64,000 nucleotides of DNA, from contig MU626258.1 of assembly GCA_025603075.1 (NCBI GenBank), positions 321,457-385,456 of the forward strand, given 5' to 3'. The position numbers were made by a program, and so were the translations under genes. This stretch comes from Neoconidiobolus thromboides FSU 785 (lineage: Eukaryota; Fungi; Entomophthoromycota). Numbering within the stretch: position 1 is the stretch's first letter; each line of letters begins with the position of its first letter. Positions 38,254 through 50,234 of this stretch are shown here, one piece after another. The notes beneath the pieces are model-generated. The model worked only from the letters and a program-made list of their open reading frames with translations. It was not told the origin of the DNA and did not search any database.

Positions 38254-40009
38254 TTATTCCAATTTTTCATGTTCAATTTCAGATTTCAAAGAATGACACT
38301 TTTGAATATATAAATGGATCAATTGTTGGATCTCTTTCTCATTTTCATTAGAATAGTTACATACTTGGATGGGTTCACCAACTATAAAAATAAAGTAAAT
38401 ATTATATTTAATAATTCAACAAAAAAAACTTACTAATATAAACAAGCTCCTTTCTTTTAGGTAATAAACCTAATATATCCCAACTGTAAATGGTGGGCTC
38501 AAACAATTGAATAGTAGTTGAACTTTGAATCCAAGATTGTATAGAGTTAAGCTCGTAAGTTTTAGAATTTTGTTGAATAACTGGTATAATATTGTAACTA
38601 TATAAAATATTAGTATAATTATTGGCATAATTAAGTATATAAACCTACCCGCCTTTTACCACCTTTTGGAACATTTCTATTTGATTCTTTTCTTCTACAA
38701 TCATCAAATCATCACATTTTACCTCCCCTCCTTGATACAAATTCACTTTTTTGTTCAAATTTTTACTTAAACCACTACCATCATTCATAAAATTAATCCA
38801 AAAAGCTATTTTTTTTTCCCCAGAATATAAAAACACCACTTTATCCTTTTTATTAATATCCCCCAACACTGCGTTACGTACTGGATAATAATTCAAAAAA
38901 TGAGTGAGCAAAGGAAAGCCTAATACTTTTTGAAGATCCAAACTAATCTTAATAAAGAAATAAAAGGGCCATAACATTGGTAACAAGAAAAAAAATTTGT
39001 TAAAGAGAACATAAATTATCACTGTCAATCTTACGATAATTTGAATCAAAGATTGACGCTTTAATTGGGGTTGATATTGTTTCTTGTAAAACTGAGGCTT
39101 TTGAATGGTATCTTTTTCTATGGTTCCATTAATTTGAATTTTATCATTAGAATCTTCAATTTTGTCATGTTGAATTCCGTTACTACTTACGTCCCCAGAT
39201 AGTTGTCTAGACTCTTCAATAGTAACTTCCCCTTCTTTCTGATTATTTGATTCAATGGTCATATTCTCAACATTGTTATTATCCTCGCTATTTTTATGTT
39301 CAATAGATTGTTCATTTGATTCTTCAGCCTGAGCTTTATTTTCTTCAAGTCGCTGTTCTCCTTGAACTTTACTTTCTTCACAATCTTCTTTACTTTGAGC
39401 TCCAAGTTTTTCAAAATCTTTCTCAACTTGAGCTTTGCTTTCTTCAGGAGTTTCGTTCTCTCGGACTTTGTTTTCCTCAGTTGTTTCGTTCTCTTGAGCT
39501 TTGTTTTCTTTAGGGGCTTCTTGAATTTGCACTTCATTCTCCTCTACAGCTTCTTTAACCTGAGTCTTATTTTCTTGTGCATCTTCAGCTTTATTGTTTT
39601 TCTGTTCAACTTTACCATTAGCTTCAGCCTCCTCTTGATTCTTTTGATCTTTATCCCCTTGAGAAGCGTCACTTTCTTTAGCAATAGATTTCGAATCCTC
39701 ATTACTTTTGTTATCTTTATCTTCAATAACTAGTGCACCACTCTTTTTTTTTTCTTCAGGGCTGGTACTTGATTTATTCAAGTCACTATCATATTTTGGC
39801 TCCTCTTTAGGATTCGAGTCACTTTCAACAACAACGCTATCCTTTTGGGCAACTTGCTCTACTTTTCCATCTGCATTATCCTGTTGCTTTACAACAACAG
39901 GTTCTTTACTCTGTGCTTGTTTTTTGGTAGTAGTACCATTGCTATTATTCCCCTTTTGCTTATTCTTACCATTTGTTTGTTGATTTTGTTTTTTACTTTT
40001 GCTACCCAT
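38254..40009 (-). CDS. DGAT2-like protein lacking catalytic motifs, with an acidic 11-mer-repeat N-terminus (exons 40009-38649, 38597-38434, 38381-38254; 550 aa)
   Basis: Open through two GT-AG introns (51 and 52 nt). C-terminal part aligns with the neighbouring DGAT2s: LPMLWP, YYP, INFMNDGSGLSKNL, GLLPKRKELVYI|IGEPIQV. The HPHG position reads SGEK. Confidence 0.82.
39305..39568 (-). repeat. Eight tandem 11-aa (33-bp) coding repeats
   Basis: KTQVKEAVEEN/EVQIQEAPKEN/KAQENETTEEN/KVRENETPEES/KAQVEKDFEKL/GAQSKEDCEES/KVQGEQRLEEN/KAQAEESNEQS. Confidence 0.85.
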
Positions 40010-40480
40010 TTTGTTTAGATTAGATGACTTATATTAGGTTTAAAAGAATAACTTTTTCTTTTTATTTTCTTTTTTTAATTATTTATAGTTTTTCTATAAA
40101 TGCTTATTTTTTACTATCATTTAAACTGTTCATTTTACTGTTTGATTCCTAATTTATGATTTAAACTTAAGGGATAGAATGCATGTGATTTTTAAAGCTA
40201 ATTCTAATAAGTGATAAATTTTTTGAATTAATAGAATAAGCTAAGCTTTTGGAGAAAAATCTTACTGATGTAACAATTCATAGTACATCTTTAAGTGCCA
40301 GAATTACTTTTGGTTGTTAAGATATAATTTTGACATGACGAAAAAAACTAGAATTTGCTGTATTAATATTAACGATTAATAATAATTATTTACAATCAGA
40401 ATTTAATTAGTGTCAGATGTTTAAAGGAGATAATTGATAAAAATAAAATACTAAAGTTAAAATCAAAAAATCAAAAGATT

Positions 40481-40587
40481 ATATGGGGCTGTTTTTTTTG
40501 GGTTCATTACTTTTTCTACTTTTTAAGCACTATTTGAGTGGAAAAATTGCTAATAAAATTCTTAAATACAAAAATACATCCCCATAT
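40481..40587 (-). mobile_element. MITE family 1 copy
   Basis: Full length, both TIRs. Confidence 0.88.
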
Positions 40588-40644
40588 TATTTAACACCTA
40601 ATTGGATTTGACAAAAAATACATTTTAATAAAAATAAAAAACAA

Positions 40645-40749
40645 GTAAATGTTTTTTTTGGCTTTATCACTTTTTCCATCTTTTGAACACTATTTAAAGA
40701 GAAAAATTATAGTTAAAATTATTGATTACAAAAACACATTCCTAAATAT
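40645..40749 (-). mobile_element. MITE family 1 copy (degenerate)
   Basis: Diverged match to consensus. Confidence 0.65.
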
Positions 40750-41172
40750 TTTTGAATAAAATTAAACAAAACAGCTTTTTACATATTAGTTAATAGTTTT
40801 TTTAAATGTATATAACTTTAAAAATATTTTAATCATTTACTAGCTTTAATTTATATAATTTGGTTTTAAATTAACATTATAAATTCTTTTTATTAAATTA
40901 GTATATGGGTATGAAATCTGGTACTCAGTGATTGGAGTCAAAAACAGCTATTACCTGGTTGACTACACTATAAGTCGAAAGATCTTAGTTTATATGACTA
41001 AGATAGACTTGGATTATGAAGAATACGACGTAATAGGCTACAGACTAGTAAGACAAATAAAATAGACAATATTAATGTAAACTCTACATAAAATATTATT
41101 AAGAAAACTTAATGGCTTTATTAAATGTTCGAGATATCAAGGAATAATTCAGTTAAAAAGCCTCAAACTACT

Positions 41173-41277
41173 ATACGGGGATGTATTTTTGTGTCTAAGA
41201 ATTTTACTAACAATTTTTCCTCTCAAATAGCGCTTAAAAAATGAAAAAACTAATGAAACCAAAAAAACATCCCCATA
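41173..41277 (+). mobile_element. MITE family 1 copy inside the long inverted repeat
   Basis: ATACGGGGATGTATTTTT...AAAACATCCCCATA. Confidence 0.88.
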
Positions 41278-41467
41278 CTCCAAAATCTCTTTTACATTCT
41301 AAAAGTACAAATATCAAAATGAGAAGATAATATTCTTTGGGATGGAGCTAGAAATTCTCATAGCAAATCAAACTAAGAATGTGGGATTGATTTTCTCTGA
41401 ACTCAAGAACACAACAGCTTAGGCGATTGTTATGCTATAATTAACCATGGGACTGACAAAGCGGTAT

Positions 41468-41575
41468 TTCACAGGGATGTATTACTCTGTTTAACAACTT
41501 TACTAACAACTTTTCCGCTCAAATAGCACTTAAAAAAAAAGAGAAAGTGATAAAACCAAAAAAACTTCCTCATAT
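41468..41575 (+). mobile_element. MITE family 1 copy inside the long inverted repeat
   Basis: Core TTTTCCGCTCAAATAGCACTTAAAA. Confidence 0.75.
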
Positions 41576-42095
41576 GATATAGTCAATTCAGAGCTACTTA
41601 TTTTGATTTGTTGTGAGAATTTCTACCCACTAATTGTGAAAGATGACATCCTCCCTTTTGATGTCTATACTTGGTAACTATGGTAAGGAACAACTACCAT
41701 CGTGTTTCTTATATATAGCCACCCAGTTGGAGTATAAAAGAGACTCTTCAACGTAATAACTCGAGGCTTTTTAACTGAATTATTCCTTGATATCTCGAAC
41801 ATTTAATAAAGCCATTAAGTTTTCTTAATAATATTTTATGTAGAGTTTACATTAGTATTGTCTATTCTATTTGTCTTATATAGTCTGTAGCTTATTATGT
41901 ATTATTCTTAGTTTATGTGAGTAAAATAGACTTGAATTGCGAAGGTTTTTGACTTACGGGCAGTTAATCAAGCAAAAACTGCTTTTAACTCCAACTACTA
42001 AGTACCAGATTCCACAAAGCAATTATAAAAAATAATATTATAATTTTAAATAAACTAATAATTAACAAATATTAAATTGCAATTTAAAAAATTTC

Positions 42096-42202
42096 ATTGG
42101 GGATGTCTTTTTTTGGTTTCATCACTTTTTCCGTTTTTTAAATGCTATTTGAATGGAAAGATTGTTAGTAAAATTCTTAAACAAAAAAATATATCCTCAA
42201 AT
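42096..42202 (-). mobile_element. MITE family 1 copy
   Basis: Full length. Confidence 0.82.
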
Positions 42203-42620
42203 AGTTTAAATAGATATACATACTTTGAATTAAAACTTAAAATTAAAGTCAATTAATACTAATATTAACATTTAAGATTAGTTAAATCTAATCAGTAATT
42301 TAATAAAATTTAATATTTTCAAAAAATCATTATTTATTTGGTATTTTTCAGTTTCTTTAAATTACTTATTTTATTTTGTTTTTCATTATTATTGTTACTT
42401 TGATTTTTTTAAAACTACCTATTTTTGTTAATAGCAACATAATAAAACAACTAAGTTAATCCTTTTACTAAATTTTATTAAGCTATTGTCTGTTAATAAT
42501 TAAATTATAAATTATCAAAACTTTTTACAAAAACTAATAAAAATAAAATCTTAAAAAGCTTTGTTTAATAGTTCATAAAATCATGACTTAAATCAACTTG
42601 ATGATTTTCAAACTATAATT

Positions 42621-42726
42621 ATATAGGAATGTATTTTCTTGTTGAGGGTTTTACTAATAATCTTTTCGCCCAAATAGAGCTTAAAAAATCGAAAAAAGTA
42701 ATGAAATCAAAAAAATCATCCCCATA
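42621..42726 (+). mobile_element. MITE family 1 copy
   Basis: Diverged left end, intact right TIR. Confidence 0.78.
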
Positions 42727-42936
42727 CAGTTTTATTAACTTGTAAAATAAACTAAAGACTATCACCAGAAATTTACAAAGGTAAACACAATGTTTGTATT
42801 TTTATATATATAGGTAAATATGCTCTTATATAATTTAATTGTGGGTCAAGTAATTTTTTTAAATTAAATTTTGTTGTTTTATTGGGTAAGTATTAATTTA
42901 AGCTAATCAAATTCCAGAGTTGAAAAAATCAAGAAT

Positions 42937-43028
42937 TTGAGACTGTTTTTTTGGTTTCATTACTTTTTCTATTTTAAGAGCTATTCAAGCAAAAAGATTG
43001 TTAGTAAAATCCTTAAAAAATACATATC
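42937..43028 (-). mobile_element. MITE family 1 copy (degenerate)
   Basis: TTTTTGGTTTCATTACTTTTT...GTTAGTAAAATCCTTAA. Confidence 0.7.
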
Positions 43029-43612
43029 GTTGTTATTTGCAACTGATTAGCAAAAATTGAATCTTTTTTAAAAAGTTTGTAATAGCTATCAATTAAGTGT
43101 GGTTAAATTAGTACTTAAAATAGTAAATATGGAAATTAAATGCTTTATATAACAACAGTTTAAAAATAGCACCAATTTTTATCAACTACAGATAGTCTTC
43201 GTTTTATTTGGCTTTAGAACTTGACCCTGTTTATTGCTACTCAATTTAGTCACAACTGAAATTTTAATTTGCTATATTTTTCATTTTAATGTTTTACAAA
43301 AGATGATTTTATCGGCATTGTTATAATTTTTAAATGAAAACAATAACAAATCCAACATTTAACTTCTACCTAAATAGAATCAATCATAGTCTTATTTTAC
43401 CAATGTAAACAATATTGGTTTTAATTTTCATTCAGAACTAACACTTACAAGGAATTATTATAGAAAGTATATAATTTTCATTAGATATATTCAAATAAAG
43501 CATTTGGATATGTTATAGTAGACAATTTGATAGTCTTAATTTTTATAATACTATTGATAAACTGTTAATGACTATGTATAATGCCTTGCATTTATGATAT
43601 TATTTAAAAATA

Positions 43613-43708
43613 AATGGATATATTTTTTTAAATAACTTTGCTAACAGTTTTCCACTTAGATAGCGCTTAAAAAGATGAGAAATAAAATAAAAAAACACCC
43701 TCAAATAT
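43613..43708 (+). mobile_element. MITE family 1 copy (degenerate)
   Basis: Core TTTTCCACTTAGATAGCGCTTAAAAAGATG. Confidence 0.7.
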
Positions 43709-43961
43709 TAATATTGAAATAATTTTTGTTTAATTATTCAATATAGTATATGTGTTTCTTATAACTTTTACCTTATGGTGTTATGAACCAAGGAAAATAG
43801 ATAAAATAACTAATAAACCAAAGCAAATAAAAAAAGAAAGATTATTTTTATTATTATACTATAATGATAACAATGTTAAAACAAGTGAATAGAAAAAAGG
43901 GATTTGTTACTGCTGTCTTTAAACTAATTAGCTATTTAGTTTTATAACATATCCAATGAAT

Positions 43962-45127
43962 TTAAATAAAACACATCTCAGGTGGACTAGGAATTGGAGA
44001 ATACAATGCCTTATTGCGATTATATAAATCTAATAAAGCATCCATATATTGTTGATGAACTTCAGCTACTAGTTCATTACTTGGATTATCGACTTGTTTG
44101 ACTTTGATAGCTTTACCAACTAAAAGGAAAAAGTTAATAAAAATATAGTATGGAGTGATAATGAACTTACCAACAATTGTTAATGGTACTCTCTTTGGCA
44201 TGATGCCGTAATTATAAGTAAAAATACCACGACCATGAAAGATAGGCATAGTAAAACCTAACGCTTGCTTCATTTTAATTTGAAGTTTATGAATATAGGA
44301 ATCTGGTTCTGGAATAACGGTATCTAGGATTTGATTTTCTCCAAAACCAAACACTGGTACTAAGTTTGAGCCTGTTTTTATGGCTAATGATACAAATCCA
44401 AAACGTTTTTTTAATACTAAATCTAAATTATTTTCATTGGCTGATAATGATTCTTGTGCTCCTCCAACGACTATGACACAAGAGTTGCCTATTAATTAAT
44501 AGGTTAAATAAACTAATATCATCAAATAAAAATAAACTTACCTTTTCCAGATTTCAAAACATTTAAAATGGCTTTTTTAGAAACAGAAATAATACCCAAA
44601 GCGAGTAACAGCTCCCTATAGATTGGCATAAAGAAATTACTAGCTAAGGTGCATAATCTGATGTTAAGTCCAGGTAATTTTTCACTTAATTTAGTGCCAT
44701 TAGTAGCAAAATTAATAAATGCCCCAGTACTTATAATCCCATGTGGATGATAACCAAAAATATAAGTTTCTTTGGGGTCCAATTCTTCTTCAACAATTAA
44801 TTTGGAGGGGAAAAACTCAGCTAACCAAGTCCATATTGTCCAGTTTTTAACCCAATGATTGATACGTCCTCCTTTTTCAGCGGCATTATCAAAATACATG
44901 AAAATAAAATAAGCAAATATTAAAGGCCATAACATGGGGAAAAAACATAAAATAAGAAAAAAGGATTGAGTCAATGGCATCATAGAGGAATAGATAAAAG
45001 TAGCAAAAGTTTGACGACGTCTAGTTAGAGGTACATCCAAAGGCGCAAACTCCATTTTGGGTAAGTTGGTAAAGGAGCTACTTTTACTTATTTTTGTGGA
45101 TTCTACTTTTAAGTTGTCGGTAGTCAT
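43962..45127 (-). CDS. DGA1: Diacylglycerol O-acyltransferase DGAT2, copy B (3 exons)
   Basis: FAPLDVPLTRRRQT, FFP, FGYHPHG, VIVVGGAQE, RFGFVSLAIKTG, LVPVFGFGEN, VHQQYMDAL. Confidence 0.95.
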
Positions 45128-45828
45128 TGTTACAATTTAAGGTTTTATTGAAATAAAAGTTAAAGTGTGTTCTTATTTATAACCCTTGCTTTTTGTAAAG
45201 GATAGACGGTACTAAGCTCCGATTTGAAGTTTGTAAGTTCGGATTATATGGCCTTTACCAATTAACTATCATTATTTTCATGTCCGAGAATTTGTTTTTT
45301 GAAATGGCATTGTCATCACAAATGAAATTTATTGGTCTATTTTTTTAATCTTGGGGTTTTGAATGGTTCAATTAAAGAATTGTTTTTATTTTTAATTTCT
45401 TTTATAGAATATGGGCTAATGAGCATAATTTTTTCTACATTATTGTTATTATCCTTACTGAATAGATGGGAAATTTATAAAAAAATAAGAAACTTTATCC
45501 TCAAGTCCTTTCAAGATAACGCAAGTTATTTTTAAAGATAAATATAGTTATATTTAAGTAACTAAATTCATTATAAATATTTAACTATTAAAAACTGAAT
45601 TAATTTAAAACCTAATTATATATATAAATATTAATCATCTTTTAAATACTAAAATTAAATCATAAAAAGAGCATTGGATGCATAAAAGATGCATTGAAAA
45701 AGCAAGCAATAAAAAAATCAGTATATTAATCTATAAATTTAATAAAATAAGTCATAATAAACAGAGCAGCAATATATACTATCTATCCACTAATTAATTC
45801 CACTCTATACTCCCTCCTCTCCTATCAT

Positions 45829-48800
45829 TTATCTACGTTTCTTAGCTTGTTTTTTAGCTATTCTTTTAGTAGCCTTTAGTTCCTTCTTCATACGAGGATC
45901 AACCATCTTATATCTTCCTTTAACCCCCTTAGGTCTACCACGATTACCACGATTAGCACCTCTAGCAACAACTAATTGAACCTTCTCTTGTTTTTTAGCT
46001 CCTTTTCTAGCCATGACTTTTTCAATGGATCTTGCTTTTTCTTGTTCGGTCATATCAGTAGATTCAGCAATTACAGATGCTTTCTTTTGTAATTTAACTA
46101 ATTTTTGAGCAGCCTATGAAATAAGGAGGGAGATTAGTTATAAAATTATAATGAATAGGTAAAGATGAAATTACCTTATACTTCTTTCTTGCTTTAGCTT
46201 CAGCTACTTTTTTAATTGGTCGGGCATTTAAGGCTTTGATTTTTTCTTTAATAGCATTGGCTGCTTCTTTAGTTATTGGGATATTTGGTTTATAATATTT
46301 CTTTTCATCTTCTTTAAACCTAGAATACTTTGTTTAATATATTACTTTTTTAGAGTTTAATTGATATCCTTTACCAAGCAGGAAGATCGTCTACATCGTT
46401 AAAAGTATATCTGCTAAAACTAGAAGATATTAATTCCTCTTTTGTGACCTCTCTATTAACTAATTTCATAGCTAAAGTCATTGCTTGGGCGGTCATTAAA
46501 TCAAGTTCTATAATTAGTTTATTGTTAATTTATATTATCATTGAGTTTGAATTTACAAATAAATTACCTTTGGATTTTGCTTCTTTTATTTTGGCTTCTG
46601 GATCTTCTTCAGACATTGTTTCATCATCCGAGCTTTCATTATCTTCTCCAACATCTTCATCACTTATTAAATTGTCCTCTTCTTCTTCAATTAATTTTCT
46701 CTTTTTTAAATTCTATAAAATAACATATTAATACAAATATAACATTATGGAATAAATAAGCATACATTTGAATCCTTTTCATTTAAATTAATATCATCAA
46801 TTTCTTTGAAAATAGGTTGATCAAAGAATAAAGTAGCATTACCAGATAACCCTTTCTTTTTACTTTTACTTTTATTTATTCCTTCATCATCACTGTTACT
46901 ATTATCATCACTTTCACTATCTGTATCATCATCAAAATTTTCACCTTTAAAATGAGTTGGATTTTCATTATCAGAATCATCAGAATCAGATTCGTCTTCT
47001 GATTGTTTTTCAGTAAATCCATACCATTCTTCATGTTCTTTCTTTTCTTTTAAAGCTTCTTTCTGTGTTTTCTTTTTATCTTTATATTGTTGATACCTAA
47101 TCAATTAATTACATATATATTTACATATTATATATTTTTTCAAACTTACATTTCATCAAGATTAGCCTCTAATTGTTCAATATCTGAATCTTCATCTGAA
47201 TCTTTTTCGACTACTTCTTCATCCGATTCTTCTCCTTCTTCATTACCATAAACAACAATATCATCATCTGAATCTTCAACCATTATTTCTCTATCCATAT
47301 TACCATTCAATATTTTAGAATTTTTCTAAATAAAATAAAGATTAATAAATTAGCTATACTTAATAACAAAATGATGATTACATTTTCATTAGCCGAAACA
47401 AAAGGAGATATACCAAATTGTTCATTACCAATTTCAACTGGAGTTGTCATTTTTAATTGTAACTTCATTAATTCTTTTTGTCTTTTTTCTAAAACTTTAC
47501 GTTTAGCCTTCTTTAATTTACTCTTTTCTTCTTCTGCTAAACGAGCCAACTAATAAAATAAAATGTCAGTTAAGTTTTATTTTGTTCGTTTTCTGTTAAA
47601 TTACCTCATCTTCTAAACTTTCTTCAACAACTTCAACAGTTGTTTCTTTTTTCTCTGGCTTAGGCTATTCAACTTTATTAATATTTATATTGTAACAATT
47701 AAATTAAAATTTACTCTAATAATATCTAGAACACTAGTTCTCCATTTTAATAAATCTCTAAATTCACCTTTACCGAGTACTTTTAAATCTTCAACAGAGG
47801 ATTGAATATCAGAGGTAGTAGCTTTTAATTTCAATAAACTATTTCAATAAAAAAGCAATAAGAAACTATTACATATTACAAGTAATATTAAAACTTCTTA
47901 CTCTTTAGATTCATCAGATTTAAACTCCAGTCTATTGATAGTGGCCAAAAATTGAATAGGATCATCAGAATTAATAAAACCCATAATATCTTCTGATTTA
48001 AAAAGGGTTGTAGCACCATCAGCATAACCATCACGTTGTCTTTTGTGTTTAGCTGGATTTAAAATATTCAAAGAACCTGATACTTTCCCTTCTTTAGTAT
48101 CGGCATCTAATTCCCCAAATACATATTTAATATCTAAAAATTTAGGATCGATTTTTTTGGGTGCTAAATAGTCTTGACAAACAACGAAAATTTCTGCAGA
48201 CACGTTTCTAGTTGCAATTTTAAGTAATTTAAAACAGCAATTCAAGAGTATAATTTTCACTTACCTTGAAGATGGTGGTTTGGTAGCTTCTACTTTTCTA
48301 AACAGTTGATTAAATACCCACATTAGTTTATTGTAATCTTTAGATCTGAAAACTTTAGTAACAAACACACCTATAAAGATAAAACTAAATATCAATTAAA
48401 CACCAAATTCATATCCTAAACTTACCTCCTTTTCTCAAAAATTCAACCGCTAATTTCAATGACTCTAATACTAACTCAGATTGAGAGAAAGCATCTTGTA
48501 CCCAAGCAGAACCCACGTTAGGAGCACCATCATGAAGTACACTAATTAAATTTTGATTAAAAAACAATCTTAAAAATAAAAAAAATAAACCACTTACACA
48601 TCTGCTTTCCAAGTTTTTAAATGACCTCTTAATTGATTACGACATTGAGAAGTTGTAATATCTTCTTGAAAAGTAATACATTGAGGAATAGGTTTAATAG
48701 GAGCCAAATCAACACCTAAATTAAAGATAAATTAATTCTATCTCTTTTAATTTTATATAATTTCAATATAAGCTTACCAACAATTAAACTTTCAACTGGC

Positions 48801-49059
48801 ATGTATTTAGTGGCTACTTGAAGCCTATATAATTGTTATTCATTAAAACCATGTTCGGTAAATCAAACCTCGTATAAGAAACTTACCAACCACCAGGAGC
48901 AGCACACAGATCAATAAGACAACGAGCAGAAGATAAAAAATCATATTTTTTATTTAATTGAATTAATTTGAAAGCAGAACGTGCACGATAACCTTGTTCT
49001 TTGGCATAATGATAGTATTTATCTAAACGTCCTTTACCAGTCTTCTTTTTAAAACCCAT
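45829..49059 (-). CDS. SPB1: AdoMet-dependent pre-rRNA 2'-O-methyltransferase Spb1 (multi-exon)
   Basis: [16 protein letters not shown]; [10 protein letters not shown]; DLCAAPGGW; LHDGAPNVG; [12 protein letters not shown]; C-terminal [12 protein letters not shown]. Confidence 0.97.
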
Positions 49060-50130
49060 ATTCTATTTAAAAAAATTTCAAAAAGTTTAGTTTTAAAATT
49101 TCAAAATTCAGTTTTGGGGCAAAATTTTGAACCTCGAAAAAAACTTCAAGTTTTTAGGCTACCAACTTTTTTATATTTAAGCTTAGCTTTTTTAAGAGTT
49201 AAAGGAATTGAGAAAATTAAAAAAAAATTAAAATAATAAAATAATATAAAAGCTATATAATATAACAGAAAATAAAATTCTAATATAACGATTAAGTAAA
49301 TTTTTTGTTTCACTTTAAAGCCCTTATGATTTAATCCCACAACGCTTAAAGTGAATAAATCTTCTCGAATTTCAATAAAACTAAATCAACTTTAATTTGT
49401 TCAATTTTTATCTACATTTTGTACTACAGTTCAGCCAGACATTCCAATGCTAAACTGATATTCCCGTACAATAGAGTAAACAGATTGCATTTAGAACTTG
49501 TTAAATTATGAGATTAGTTTTTAATTTCTATAGAATTTAACGAGTGTCAGATGCAATCAATAAAACCCATAATTTTAAATTGCTATTAAGAAAAGCTGTT
49601 GATTAGAAAATATAACATTTTTGCTTTTCTGTTATTATTTGTTTGTATATTAATCTATGGATAGAAAAGTTCAATGTAGTTGAAATAAAACTTATGGAAT
49701 TAAAGTATCAATTGCAATCAATAAACCCATAATGTTAAAATTAGTTTTAATACACTTGATTAAAAAATATTTTTATTAGAACAAAGTTATTCTCTTTTCT
49801 TGATATAATTTTATTGGTATATGTTTTGTACTAATGTTGAGATAGAAAAGTAGAATGAAGTAGAAATGTTAGAGCTGATGGAATTATTTAAGTGGTTTTT
49901 TCGGTGTAAAATGTTCTCAATAATTTATAAAAAAATTAAATATTAAAATTCATGTTTATATTAACCTAATAATTTGTCTTTTCCTATATACTTTCCTATA
50001 GAAAATTTTATAGGAGCAAATTGAATTAAAGCCTATAAGATCATGTTTTTTATCTCCATTTAACTAAATAATCTTTTCGAAATTATTTTGTTAAAAATAG
50101 ATAAAAAAATGGACAAAGTAAAATAGTATT

Positions 50131-50234
50131 ATATGGGGATGTCTTTTTGGTTTCATTATTTTTTCCATTTTTTAAGTAGTATTCGAAAGGAAAAATTATT
50201 AGTAAAATCCTTAACAAAAAATACAGCCCTATAT
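50131..50234 (-). mobile_element. MITE family 1 copy
   Basis: ATATGGGGATGTCTTTTTGG...ATACAGCCCTATAT. Confidence 0.82.

Larger units (their letters stand above)
40912..42014. repeat. Long inverted repeat, arms 40912-41164 and 41763-42014; possible foldback/MULE-like non-autonomous element
   Basis: 41073-41164 is the exact reverse complement of 41763-41854 (92 bp); outer parts are visibly diverged; no TSD found. Confidence 0.85.

Noticed and set aside
39259-39983. Lys/Leu/Phe-rich ORFs overlapping the dead DGAT2 exon 1
   Set aside because: Frame shadows of the E/K-rich repeat region
38254-40009. Calling the third DGAT2 copy a plain pseudogene
   Set aside because: No stop or frameshift in 550 codons and both introns keep GT-AG ends and phase despite deep divergence; expression is still unproven
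5245-49059. Minor (U12) or non-canonical introns
   Set aside because: The introns I inspected were GT-AG with ordinary donors and no GTATCCTT or AT-AC; not every intron was checked
49060-49150. RRPE-like AAATTTT motifs upstream of SPB1 and SSF1
   Set aside because: Expected by chance at this AT content
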